Shown piece by piece: positions 26,019-35,498 of a DNA stretch of 64,000 nt. The notes beneath the pieces were generated by a model, which made no database searches, was not told the DNA's origin, and was given only the letters and a program-made list of their open reading frames with translations. Within the stretch, counting starts at the first letter, position 1. Each line of letters opens with the position of its first letter. The stretch lies in assembly GCA_015055865.1 (NCBI GenBank), contig SVHK01000001.1, positions 6,628 to 70,627 on the forward strand, in the 5' to 3' direction. The stretch comes from Clostridiales bacterium. Lineage in GTDB: Bacteria > Bacillota > Clostridia > Christensenellales > Borkfalkiaceae. Both the position numbers and the translations under genes were made by a program.

Positions 26019-29000
26019 TTAGTTATTTGCTTTTTTTACGGCGGACTTTGCTAACTTATAATCGTTATAATCAAGCTTACCGTCTTCGTTCAAATCTTCA
26101 AGCTCTAACAAGTACTTATTCGATTGACCAAGACTTGCGCCTTCGTGCCAAGCCGCGTCCCAAGCCTCGCCACTCAAATCAAAGTGATAATAAATGAACA
26201 TATTACCGTCCAAATCGATACCGCATCTCCCAAAAGCATTCGAAGCAATCGAAGTAACGCCGACCTTTATCGAACCGTCAGCCACGATTTTTTCATCGTA
26301 AGGAAGATATACAAATTCCAAATTAGTACAACCCGCAAACGCTTTCATACCAATCGTAACTTTTTCGGGTTTATTAAAATCAAGCTCAAACGTGAACGCC
26401 AATTCTTTCAGTTTTACACAGTTTTCAAACGCACTGTTCCCGATTCTAACGCCGCGACTAAATTCCATAATTTCTTCGTCGTTGTCGTTGAGTACGGTCA
26501 ATTCAGGACAATCACTAAACGCATACGAATTGATTACGGAAATAGATTTCGGCATTCTAAACGCTGTCAACTTATCACATTCCGCAACCGCATAGTTCTC
26601 AATCGTTTCAACCGTATCGGGAAGAACTAACGTCGTAAGGTACTTACTTTCTCGGAACGTTTCTTTTAAAATTTCCTTTAATTCACGCGCGCTCGTTACA
26701 TTGTTTTTATCCGCAGGAATATTGGAAATCTCAAGCACCGTAGCATTCGAACCTAAGAATGCTTTTTCGCCTATCGATTCTACGCCTTCCAATCTTACGA
26801 CGATAGGCGTATTTACCACATCGGGCGAAGTAGAAGGAGCTAAGAATGCAAATCTAAACGCCCCGAATCCAATACTACGAACGACCAACGCTCCGTTTTT
26901 ATTACCTTGCGTTGCGATGCGTTCCAACGCCGAGCAGTAAAGGAATACGTTTTCTTCTAAAACGTCAACGGACGCAGGAAGTTCGAGTTCTTTCAAGTTC
27001 TTACAATTCGCAAACGCCGAGTCGCCAATCTCCTTCAATTCCCAAGCGACGCCTTGAACGGTAACGAATTCAACTCTTTCAAGGTTTTCGCAATTCATAA
27101 ACGTTTCGTTGTCTAAAACTTTAACGGTCGAAGGAATAACGATTTGAGTCAAACCTACGCAATCGATGAACGCCCAGTTTAAAATTTGTTGCGCGCTTGT
27201 CAACGTTACGCTAAACGCTTCGGGCATCTTATAGCTTTCCTTTGCGTGTTTACCAGAAGTATCGATACCAAAAATCCAACCGAAATGTTGTTCGCCGGAT
27301 TTCGCCGTCTTAGACTTACCAACGAACGGCAAGCTAATACTCTCAATCGCCGTACAGCCTTGGAACGCGCCGAAATCAATCATCTCAACGTTTTCAGGCA
27401 CGAGAACGGAAGTAATCGCGGTACAATCTTTAAATGCGTCCGCCGAAATCTCGTTCACGTTGTTACCAAGCGTAATCTTTTCAAGATATACACAACCTTC
27501 GAATGCGCTTTGCGCAATAACGCTTTCGCCTTGCGCACCGTCTAAAAGAACGATTTCTACCAATCTATTCGGCATTTTTTCGTTCGAACCGAAGATATAT
27601 CCGATTGTTTCGTCTTCTTCCATTTCGTTTATACCGCTATCGCGACCAACGAACGGCAAGGTCAAGCTAAGAGTTTCTCTAACGTATTGACCAAGTTCCC
27701 AATCGTATTCATCGTTGAACCCTTCTTCAAAACAACCTTCAAACGCGGATTTACCAATCGAAAGAATTGTTTTAGCTAAGTAGTTCTTCTCGCCGTTTTC
27801 GCCATATCTGATTTCTTTTAACGACGAACAACCTTTAAACGCTTCCATTCCAATCGCCGTAACTTCGGGAATAGTCAACTTGACGATATCCGAACAATTT
27901 TCAAACGCCTTATCGCCAATTTTCGTACCGCGTAAAACGATAACCGTAGCCAAACTTTCGGGTATATTCGCATTTCCTATACTACCGTTAAATACGTAGC
28001 CGAAATTAGTATTCTCGCCGTTTTCCTTTTCGCCGATGAACGGCAACGTTAAGCTTTCCAAGGAATCGCATCCAGCAAACGCCATCACGCCCATTTCCGT
28101 TACGGTTTCGGCATTGTAAACCACTTCTTTTAAGCTTGCGCAACCGTTAAACGCGCTTTCGCCAATCTTCTTCACGTCGCCACTCAACGTAATCGTTTCA
28201 AGATTGTTGCTACCGCTAAACGCGTAAGGAGCAATCACCGTCGATTTAACGATAGAAACTTCTTTCAAGCTTTGAGGTACGTCTTCGTTCTCATCAGCGA
28301 ATACGTAACCGAAATTCGTATATTCTCCGTTTTCCTTTTCACCGATGAACGGCAAGGTAATTTTTGCAAACTTAACGCTTTCAAACGCTTTCGCGCCGAT
28401 TTCTTTAATCGCGCTGAAATCGTTGATATTCGCATTTTCACCAATGCGAATAGACGCAAGCGATACGCAACGCGCAAACGCGTTTTCTTCAATCGTTTCT
28501 ACCGTTGTAGGCAACGTGATTTCTTGAACACCGCCAATCCCCGCAAACGCGTTAGCCGGAATAACTTTAGTCGTTTTCAAAACGGTAACGTATTTCAAGC
28601 TCGTCGGAACGTCTCTATTCGAACCGAAAATATACCCGAACTCTCTACCGTCGTTTTCCGTCGAACCGATATATGCAACGGTTAAACTATTGAGTTTTTT
28701 ACAACCCTTAAACGCCATATACCCAACGGTTTCGACCGTTTCGGGCAATACCACGTTCTCAAGCGCGGTACAATCTTTAAACGCGCTATCGCCAATCGAA
28801 AGTACGCCGTCAAGTTTCACGCTCTTTAACGCGGAACAGCCTTCAAACGCTCTTTCGCCGATATATTTAACCAAGTCAAGATTTTCTACTTCAACGAGCT
28901 TAGCGCAATTTTCAAACGCCGACGCGCCGATGAAAACGATGCTTTCGGGCAATTTAATTTTAAAGTTATGAGTAATTGCCAATTCTTCGCAAGCGGAACT

Positions 29001-30167
29001 AAGTACGCCCGTTACGGGATATTCCGTACCCTTCACTTTCGCCGGAATTTCAAAATAGTTTCTCGTATCGCCGTCGCCAACGATAAGTTTGGAAAGGGAA
29101 TACGTACCGTCACCATTGGGCAGGAATTCATAGGTGTACGTACCGCATTTTTCCACTTTACAACAACCGTACTCGTCGAAAGTATGTCCTACTTTTTCTT
29201 TTATTTGATAGCTGGAATCTTGCTTACCGCAATTTTCACAAATCTTATGTCTAGTCCAACCGTCTTCAACGCAAGTAGCTTGTTTCGCCTCCACCGTCTT
29301 AGTGAAGCTATGGTCGAGCAACGGCAACGCTTCAACGATTTCCGTCTTACAGGTCGAGCAGGTTTGTGTTTTTTGACCCTTTACCGTACAGGTCGATTGC
29401 GTAACTTCCGTCCAACCTGTTTCGCTTAACGTATGTTGTACGGGAATAGTTTCGTGTCCTTCCACCCAAACTCCGCAATCGGGACATTGACGACCGGGCG
29501 TATAACCTACGGTGTTCGTCAAGCAACACATCTCAACGCCTTCGTCTAACTTTTCGGGCGTATTGGGATGCTTAGGCGCGGTCATTTGATACTCGCTATT
29601 CTTCGCTCCACAACGGGTACATTCCTTGTGCTCGGTATAGCCTTCCGTTTCACAACTTGCCGAAACCGCGGGGCGAAGAACGTATGTAGGATTCGAATCG
29701 TCCCAAGAATGGTGTCCAACGGCTGGAATCTTTTCTTTTTGTACGCTATCACATTCCGTACAAACGAGCGTTCTCGACCCGTCCACCGTACACGTCGCGT
29801 TCACGCGCTTAGAGAAATCTTCTTCGTACGTATGATAACCTCTCGCAGTAATAGGCGTCGTGTACGCAACTTGAGAGCAAACTTTACATTTCGTCGTCTT
29901 TACGCCGTCTTCAAGGCAAGTTGCTTTTTTGGTAACGGTAGTTTGACCGGGCGTATGAGGCAATTTTTCCACTTCCGCTTCTTGGACCTCACGGCATCTT
30001 GCGCACTTACGCGTTTTTACACCTTCTTTTGAACAGGTAGATTGCGTAACTACCGTCCAATCACTCCAATCGTGGTTACAATCTTCCGTCAATGCAAAAA
30101 TCCCTGCGCCCAGCGCAACGACCATCGAAAGAATCCATATCACAATCGCAAGTCTTCTTTTTTTCAT
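26019..30167 (-). CDS. Large cell-surface leucine-rich-repeat (BspA-type LRR_5) protein with N-terminal Cys-rich tandem modules and a C-terminal dockerin/EF-hand-like segment
   Basis: A 1382-aa protein with an N-terminal signal/TM (LAIVIWILSMVVALGAGIFAL). It has about 7 modules of the pattern TCxxxGxxxxxCxxC...H. Many LRR units follow (IG.SAF.GC..L..I.LP). The C-terminus is DLNEDGKLDYNDYKL. Confidence 0.85.
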   Translation of the reverse strand: MKKRRLAIVIWILSMVVALGAGIFALTEDCNHDWSDWTVVTQSTCSKEGVKTRKCARCREVQEAEVEKLPHTPGQTTVTKKATCLEDGVKTTKCKVCSQVAYTTPITARGYHTYEEDFSKRVNATCTVDGSRTLVCTECDSVQKEKIPAVGHHSWDDSNPTYVLRPAVSASCETEGYTEHKECTRCGAKNSEYQMTAPKHPNTPEKLDEGVEMCCLTNTVGYTPGRQCPDCGVWVEGHETIPVQHTLSETGWTEVTQSTCTVKGQKTQTCSTCKTEIVEALPLLDHSFTKTVEAKQATCVEDGWTRHKICENCGKQDSSYQIKEKVGHTFDEYGCCKVEKCGTYTYEFLPNGDGTYSLSKLIVGDGDTRNYFEIPAKVKGTEYPVTGVLSSACEELAITHNFKIKLPESIVFIGASAFENCAKLVEVENLDLVKYIGERAFEGCSALKSVKLDGVLSIGDSAFKDCTALENVVLPETVETVGYMAFKGCKKLNSLTVAYIGSTENDGREFGYIFGSNRDVPTSLKYVTVLKTTKVIPANAFAGIGGVQEITLPTTVETIEENAFARCVSLASIRIGENANINDFSAIKEIGAKAFESVKFAKITLPFIGEKENGEYTNFGYVFADENEDVPQSLKEVSIVKSTVIAPYAFSGSNNLETITLSGDVKKIGESAFNGCASLKEVVYNAETVTEMGVMAFAGCDSLESLTLPFIGEKENGENTNFGYVFNGSIGNANIPESLATVIVLRGTKIGDKAFENCSDIVKLTIPEVTAIGMEAFKGCSSLKEIRYGENGEKNYLAKTILSIGKSAFEGCFEEGFNDEYDWELGQYVRETLSLTLPFVGRDSGINEMEEDETIGYIFGSNEKMPNRLVEIVLLDGAQGESVIAQSAFEGCVYLEKITLGNNVNEISADAFKDCTAITSVLVPENVEMIDFGAFQGCTAIESISLPFVGKSKTAKSGEQHFGWIFGIDTSGKHAKESYKMPEAFSVTLTSAQQILNWAFIDCVGLTQIVIPSTVKVLDNETFMNCENLERVEFVTVQGVAWELKEIGDSAFANCKNLKELELPASVDVLEENVFLYCSALERIATQGNKNGALVVRSIGFGAFRFAFLAPSTSPDVVNTPIVVRLEGVESIGEKAFLGSNATVLEISNIPADKNNVTSARELKEILKETFRESKYLTTLVLPDTVETIENYAVAECDKLTAFRMPKSISVINSYAFSDCPELTVLNDNDEEIMEFSRGVRIGNSAFENCVKLKELAFTFELDFNKPEKVTIGMKAFAGCTNLEFVYLPYDEKIVADGSIKVGVTSIASNAFGRCGIDLDGNMFIYYHFDLSGEAWDAAWHEGASLGQSNKYLLELEDLNEDGKLDYNDYKLAKSAVKKANN

Positions 30168-30493
30168 AAAATCCTCCTGCCTATTGAAAACGTCCGTCGC
30201 GTTATCTTACGCGTTAAAAACCGACTTTCAAAATAACTTTATTGCTAAAACGACGATAAAAAATTGCCCCGAAAAGCAAATTCTACGCCATCGTATTTTA
30301 CCATAGATATATTTTATCATCTTTGCTCTCGATTGTCAATAGTTTTTCTTTTATATTTGCCCTATATTTTAATATATTTTTCTTTTTTATGTCGCGCACG
30401 CGTAAGAGATTGATTTAGATACTTATTTTTGCTTTGAATAAGCGAACTCTTTCTTTTTGCGCAATTACAGGATAAAAAATAATATTTCCGTGC

Positions 30494-30539
30494 CAAAAAA
30501 ACTAAAAGCCGTAACGATAAATTTATCGCCACGGCTTTT
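30494..30539 (-). terminator. Intrinsic terminator after dtd
   Basis: A stem aaaagccgt / acggctttt encloses a smaller palindrome, and a U7 run follows on the minus strand. Confidence 0.6.
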
Positions 30540-30556
30540 AGTTTTTCAATTAAATT

Positions 30557-31000
30557 CTAATCTTCTTTTTCAAGCAAAATAGTTACCGGTCCATCGTTGT
30601 GTTGTTTTATTTGCATATCCGCGCCAAAGACGCCCTTTTTAACGGTTACGCCCAATTCTTTCAAGGCGTTTACGCTATATTCGTACAATAATTCGGCTTT
30701 CTCGGGGCGTTCCGCAAGCGTAAAAGACGGACGATACCCTTTCGTCGCGTCGCCGTACAAAGTAAATTGGGAAACGAGCAAAATTTCTCCGCCTACGTCT
30801 TGGACGGATAGATTCATTTTTCCGTCCCCGTCTTCAAAAATCCGAAGCCCTGCAATTTTTTTCATCAACCAATCCGCTTGTTTTTCGCTATCGCCCGTTT
30901 TTATACCCAAGAAAACGGTTAACCCGAACGGGATTTCGCTAATCATTTCGCCGTCTACTTCCAGACGGGTATTTTTTACTCTTTGTACCACTGCGCGCAT
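30557..31000 (-). CDS. dtd: D-aminoacyl-tRNA deacylase
   Basis: It has the motifs MRAVVQRV and SQFTLYGD, and is 147 aa. Confidence 0.93.
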   Translation of the reverse strand: MRAVVQRVKNTRLEVDGEMISEIPFGLTVFLGIKTGDSEKQADWLMKKIAGLRIFEDGDGKMNLSVQDVGGEILLVSQFTLYGDATKGYRPSFTLAERPEKAELLYEYSVNALKELGVTVKKGVFGADMQIKQHNDGPVTILLEKED

Positions 31001-31095
31001 ACCTGTACCCCACCTTTGAATTACGCGACAAAACGCAGGATACCTTCCATATCCTGCATTTATCGAATTTTTGTTTTAAATAAAAAATCTAAAGC

Positions 31096-31659
31096 TTATA
31101 CTCTGCTCATGTATTCGCCCGTTCTCGTGTCGATACGAATGGTTTCGCCTTCTTCAACGAACATAGGGACTTGAATGGTAGCTCCCGTTTCAACCTTAGC
31201 GTTCTTCATAACGTTGGTTGCGGTGTTACCCTTTACGCCGGGTTCAGCTTCGATAACTTTAAGCTCAACGAAGTTTTCAGGTTCAACGGAGAACGCTTTA
31301 CCGTAAAGGAACTTAACGGTAACGGTATCGTTTTCCTTGATATACTTAAGCGCTTCTTCCACTTGGTCGAACGTAAGCATTTCTTGGTTGTATTCTTCGT
31401 CCATAAACACGTAGAATTCGCCGTCGTAATAGGAATACGTCATCTTCTTCGTTTCAACTTGCGCCGTTTCGAGTTTTGCCGTAGGGTTGAACGTTTCGTT
31501 AGACAAAACTTGTCCCGTAACTACGTTTTTAAGAGTCGCTCTAACGAACGCCGCGCCTTTACCGGGCTTAACGTGTTGGAAATCGGTAACGGTATAAACC
31601 CCACTCTTGTATTCGAAAGTTGCGCCCTTACGAATATCGCCTGCTAACATTTGTGCCAT
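31096..31659 (-). CDS. efp: Elongation factor P
   Basis: It has the [10 protein letters not shown] loop and is 187 aa. It shows pepP-efp synteny. Confidence 0.96.
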   Translation of the reverse strand: MAQMLAGDIRKGATFEYKSGVYTVTDFQHVKPGKGAAFVRATLKNVVTGQVLSNETFNPTAKLETAQVETKKMTYSYYDGEFYVFMDEEYNQEMLTFDQVEEALKYIKENDTVTVKFLYGKAFSVEPENFVELKVIEAEPGVKGNTATNVMKNAKVETGATIQVPMFVEEGETIRIDTRTGEYMSRV

Positions 31660-31723
31660 ACAATTTATCTCCTTGTATTGTATTTTATCTTAATTTATAT
31701 TTTCTCGTTTGCTTTTCCGCCTG

Positions 31724-32785
31724 TCAAGGCTCTAAAATAACGAGTTTTTTATCCGTTTTACTCATAAAACTTTGAACGCGACCGTTTTCAAAGCGTACCG
31801 TGTCCTCTATTCTAATTCCGTACTCGCCGGCAACGTAAACGCCGGGCTCGTCCGAAAAGACCATTCCGTTTTCAATCGCCGTTTCGCCTTTAGGACTGAT
31901 TGCAGGAGCTTCGTGTACGTTTAACCCAATACCATGTCCTAAGGAATGCGTGAAAAGCTCGCCGTAACCTTGCTCTTTAAGATAATCCCTTGCAATGGCG
32001 TCGATTTCCTTTCCCGTCATACCTGCCTTAGCCGTTTCCTGCACGAGAAGATGTGCTTTCAACACCGCGTCGTACGCTTTTTTGAATTCTTCGTGCTTTT
32101 TATCGTCGCCGAACAAGAACGTTCGCGTAATATCCGAACAATACCCGTCCACCTTACAACCGAAATCCATCAAAATTTCGTCGCCGTATTTAAGTTTGGT
32201 ATCCCCCGTTTCGTGATGGGGTACGGACGCGTGCGCGCCAAACGCTACGATCGTCGAGAACGAAACCCCTTGCGCGCCGAGTTTGCGCATATTGAACTCC
32301 AACTCCGTCGCAAGTTCCGTTTCAGTCATACCTTCTTTAATTTTCGGCAAAGTCGCCAAAAACGCGTTTTCCGCAATCTCGCAAGCCACTTGGATGCGAC
32401 CAATTTCCCATTCGTTTTTTACGGAAGTCGCCGTCGCGAGCGCCTTGTCGATATTCTCAAGTTTCACACCCGCCTTTTCAAGAGCGAGATATTCGCTATG
32501 TGAAGTTCGATTAAAAGAAATCCCAACCGTTTGATAGGTCGCCAAGCGTTCCAACACTTCTTTTTGCGTATACAAAACGGGGGTCACGTCCGAGCCTAAA
32601 AAGAACTTTTCCGCCGCTTCGATATAACGTCTATCGGTATAAAAGGTGATTCCCGTTTTATCCGCGACGACGCAACCGTTTTCCGCTTCGAAACCCGTCA
32701 AATAACGGAGCAAATGCTCTGAAGACGCGTAAACCGCTTTCACGAGCGCAAGCTCAAGTACTTTTTTTCCGTTCGTAACGACCAT
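31724..32785 (-). CDS. M24 family Xaa-Pro aminopeptidase
   Basis: It has the metal-ligand motifs DFGCKVDGYCSDITRT, HSLGHGIGLNVHE and IEDTV. Confidence 0.88.
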   Translation of the reverse strand: MVVTNGKKVLELALVKAVYASSEHLLRYLTGFEAENGCVVADKTGITFYTDRRYIEAAEKFFLGSDVTPVLYTQKEVLERLATYQTVGISFNRTSHSEYLALEKAGVKLENIDKALATATSVKNEWEIGRIQVACEIAENAFLATLPKIKEGMTETELATELEFNMRKLGAQGVSFSTIVAFGAHASVPHHETGDTKLKYGDEILMDFGCKVDGYCSDITRTFLFGDDKKHEEFKKAYDAVLKAHLLVQETAKAGMTGKEIDAIARDYLKEQGYGELFTHSLGHGIGLNVHEAPAISPKGETAIENGMVFSDEPGVYVAGEYGIRIEDTVRFENGRVQSFMSKTDKKLVILEP

Positions 32786-32919
32786 TGAACACTCCTTGTT
32801 TCCTAAAGAAAAACTATTGAACGACTATATTGTAGCAAAAAAAACGCTTTTCGTCAACCGAACGCAAGCGAACTTGCGCAAAAAATCTCTTTTCTCTCCC
32901 ACTTTTTTATCCGTTTATC

Positions 32920-33768
32920 TCATTTGAGCGAAAAATAAATTTTTTTCATTTCCGTTGCGTCGTCCGTTTGCGTACCTGCGGATTCGCTCACGATATACGG
33001 CTCCAACTTCAAATCTTTGAGCGCGATTGCAAACGGTTCGAACTCAGGACCGTAAACGTCGTCGGCAAAGGTAAGATGCTTAATTTCGCCTTTTGCTGAA
33101 TACATAATTTTAGAAAAATGCACGTGAAAGTTCTTCATTCTTTCATACCCTAATTTCTCTATCATATATTCCAAGCGATTTTTATAATCGGCAACCGTTT
33201 TCAACGAACCTTGTTCGCGCGCGTTGATATGCCCAAAATCCACGCAAGGAGTATACACGGTATCGATTAAACAAAACCGCGTTACTTCTTCTATCGTACC
33301 GATTTGCGCGAGTTTCCCCATCGTTTCCGGACAAAAAATCATATCTTCCAACGCGTTCATATAAATATAATCGCGCAAAATCTTCAATCTTTCTATCGTC
33401 AATTCGCAAGCGCTCTCTCTCGTCGCTTTACCTTGCGCCGCAGGATGAAAGACGACCCGTTTTCCGCCCATCAATTTACACGCTTTCGCGCTATCCAACA
33501 CGTAGCCGTAGGATTTTGTCGCCATCTCGTCGTCGGGATTGGCAAAGTTGATAAAATACGGCGCGTGCGCCGAAATTTCTATCTCGGCGCTTGCAAACGC
33601 TTCTCCTATCGAAATCGCTTTCTCTTCGGACATTCTTACGCCACGACCGAAAGAATATTCAAAACAATCCAAGCCGTGTCTTTTAACGAACTCGGCGGAT
33701 TGTTCGCTGTGCTTATACCCTTCCGCATAAAATTTTTCACAATTTCCACTAGGCCCGAATTTAATCAT
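32920..33768 (-). CDS. Endonuclease IV-like TIM-barrel (AP endonuclease family 2) protein
   Basis: It has the motifs SAHAPYFINFANP, VVFHPA, PETMGK and DFGHINA, which resemble Nfo metal-site motifs. Confidence 0.6.
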   Translation of the reverse strand: MIKFGPSGNCEKFYAEGYKHSEQSAEFVKRHGLDCFEYSFGRGVRMSEEKAISIGEAFASAEIEISAHAPYFINFANPDDEMATKSYGYVLDSAKACKLMGGKRVVFHPAAQGKATRESACELTIERLKILRDYIYMNALEDMIFCPETMGKLAQIGTIEEVTRFCLIDTVYTPCVDFGHINAREQGSLKTVADYKNRLEYMIEKLGYERMKNFHVHFSKIMYSAKGEIKHLTFADDVYGPEFEPFAIALKDLKLEPYIVSESAGTQTDDATEMKKIYFSLK

Positions 33769-34616
33769 TTTCTTTGTACCCCTTTAAGGTCTTTTTCTAA
33801 TTGTTCTTTCAATTCTTTTTCGCTTGAAAACTTTTGAATATCGCGCAATCTTCTAACGAACCGTATGCGCAGTTTTTCTCCATACAGACTACCCGTGTAC
33901 GAGATTAAATGCGTTTCCGTCGTTAAATCTTCATTGTTAAAAGTCGGTCTTGCGCCGTAATTGGTTATGCCTTTATATTCACTTCCGTCCACGGTAACAC
34001 GGGTTTCGTAAACGCCTTGTTTAAGCGGAAATTTATTTTCAGGATAATAAATATTCGCGGTTGGAAACCCGATTTTCGAACCAACTCCCCTGTCTTTCAC
34101 GACTACGCCGTCTAAAAAGAACTCGAATCCGAGCAACGCGTTGGCTTTTTCCATCTCGCCGTTTTGCAAACAGTTTTTAATCAAACTGACGCCGACTTTG
34201 TCCTTGCCGTCGTATAAAATTTCTTCGACGAACAAAGTTTTTCCTAAATTTTTTATAGTTTCAGGCGACCCACACGCACCTTTTCCAAACCGAAAATCTT
34301 TTCCGCATACGAACGTTTTTACGTCGCATTCCTTCTCTAAATACGCAATAAATTCTTCGGGCGACAAATCCTTGATTTTTTCAAATTCCAACGAAAGAAT
34401 AAAATCCACGCCTGAAAGAAAAAAAACGCTTTCCTTTTCTTCGTCCGTGAACAAACTCTTGCCTTGTTTCCCACCCGAAATAGTCATTATTCCAACGGTA
34501 CGCCCCGTCTCTTTCGCGCGCCGTATTAAATTTTTATGCCCTATATGCGCGCCGTCGAAACCGCCGAGCGCCATCGCGGTATCGCAAATAGGTTTTTTGG
34601 TCAATCGCTTTAACAT
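33765..34616 (-). CDS. ribF: Bifunctional riboflavin kinase / FMN adenylyltransferase
   Basis: It has the motifs GGFDGAHIGHKNLI and GFPTANI, and shows truB-ribF synteny. Confidence 0.88.
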   Translation of the reverse strand: MLKRLTKKPICDTAMALGGFDGAHIGHKNLIRRAKETGRTVGIMTISGGKQGKSLFTDEEKESVFFLSGVDFILSLEFEKIKDLSPEEFIAYLEKECDVKTFVCGKDFRFGKGACGSPETIKNLGKTLFVEEILYDGKDKVGVSLIKNCLQNGEMEKANALLGFEFFLDGVVVKDRGVGSKIGFPTANIYYPENKFPLKQGVYETRVTVDGSEYKGITNYGARPTFNNEDLTTETHLISYTGSLYGEKLRIRFVRRLRDIQKFSSEKELKEQLEKDLKGVQRK

Positions 34617-35482
34617 AATTTCGTCTTAATTTTCGCTTTCCCGCTCTTAACTTCGGCAATCCCGTAGAAAAGCTCGTCCTTATAAAATTTATAAAGCCCG
34701 TCCTTTTCGTCCGTTTCTATTTGTACGCCGTCGAAAATTTTATACGCGTTCTTCGCCGTTAAAACCAAAACGGGGTACGGCAAAACGTCCTGCGTAGGAA
34801 TCACCGCTTGCGCGATGTTTTCTTGAGTCAAGCTCTCTAAATCAATCGCGTTATCGAGCGTAAATATTCCGCTTTGCGTTCTTCTCAATCCGCTCATAAG
34901 CCCGAGCGTACCGCACGCAGAAGCAATATCCCTTGCAAGCGAACGGATATACGTTCCCCCACCACAAGTAATTTTTAAATTATACGCATTCTCCGTTTCT
35001 TTAGATTTTCCTAAAAGCTCGATACCATGTACGATTATTCTTTTAGGCGGAAGTTCAAAGTCCACCCCTGCCCTTGCCAAATCGTACCCACGTTTTCCGT
35101 TCACGTTCTTCGCGCTATATTTAGGCGGAACTTGGTCGAGCCAACCAATAAACTTCGGTAAAACGTCTAAAATTTCTTGTTCAGTGGGGACGTGTCCGCC
35201 TTTGACGATTACGCCCGTTGAATCGAGCGTATCCGCCGTTTCCCCGAACGTAAATTCCGCGACGTACGTTTTTTGTTTTTCTAAAAAATAATCGAACAAC
35301 CGCGTCGCGTTCCCCACGCCGACGGGCAAAACTCCGCTCGCCAAAGGGTCAAGCGTACCCATGTGCCCACAAGGTACGCCCGACAACCATTTGATTTTAT
35401 TTACGACGGACGACGACGTCACCGCCGTCCTTTTATCGATATTGATAAAACCGAAGTCTTTTACGCGAATTTCTCTCTTCAC
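34610..35482 (-). CDS. truB: tRNA pseudouridine-55 synthase
   Basis: It carries the catalytic motif GHMGTLDPLASGVLPVGVG. Confidence 0.92.
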   Translation of the reverse strand: MKREIRVKDFGFINIDKRTAVTSSSVVNKIKWLSGVPCGHMGTLDPLASGVLPVGVGNATRLFDYFLEKQKTYVAEFTFGETADTLDSTGVIVKGGHVPTEQEILDVLPKFIGWLDQVPPKYSAKNVNGKRGYDLARAGVDFELPPKRIIVHGIELLGKSKETENAYNLKITCGGGTYIRSLARDIASACGTLGLMSGLRRTQSGIFTLDNAIDLESLTQENIAQAVIPTQDVLPYPVLVLTAKNAYKIFDGVQIETDEKDGLYKFYKDELFYGIAEVKSGKAKIKTKLC

Positions 35483-35498
35483 AAAACACCTTTTTGCC

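Noticed and set aside
26124-29429. Multiple 60-168-aa plus-strand ORFs inside the LRR gene.
   Set aside because: They are antisense to a continuous 1382-aa ORF with clear repeat architecture, so they are repeat-driven shadow ORFs.
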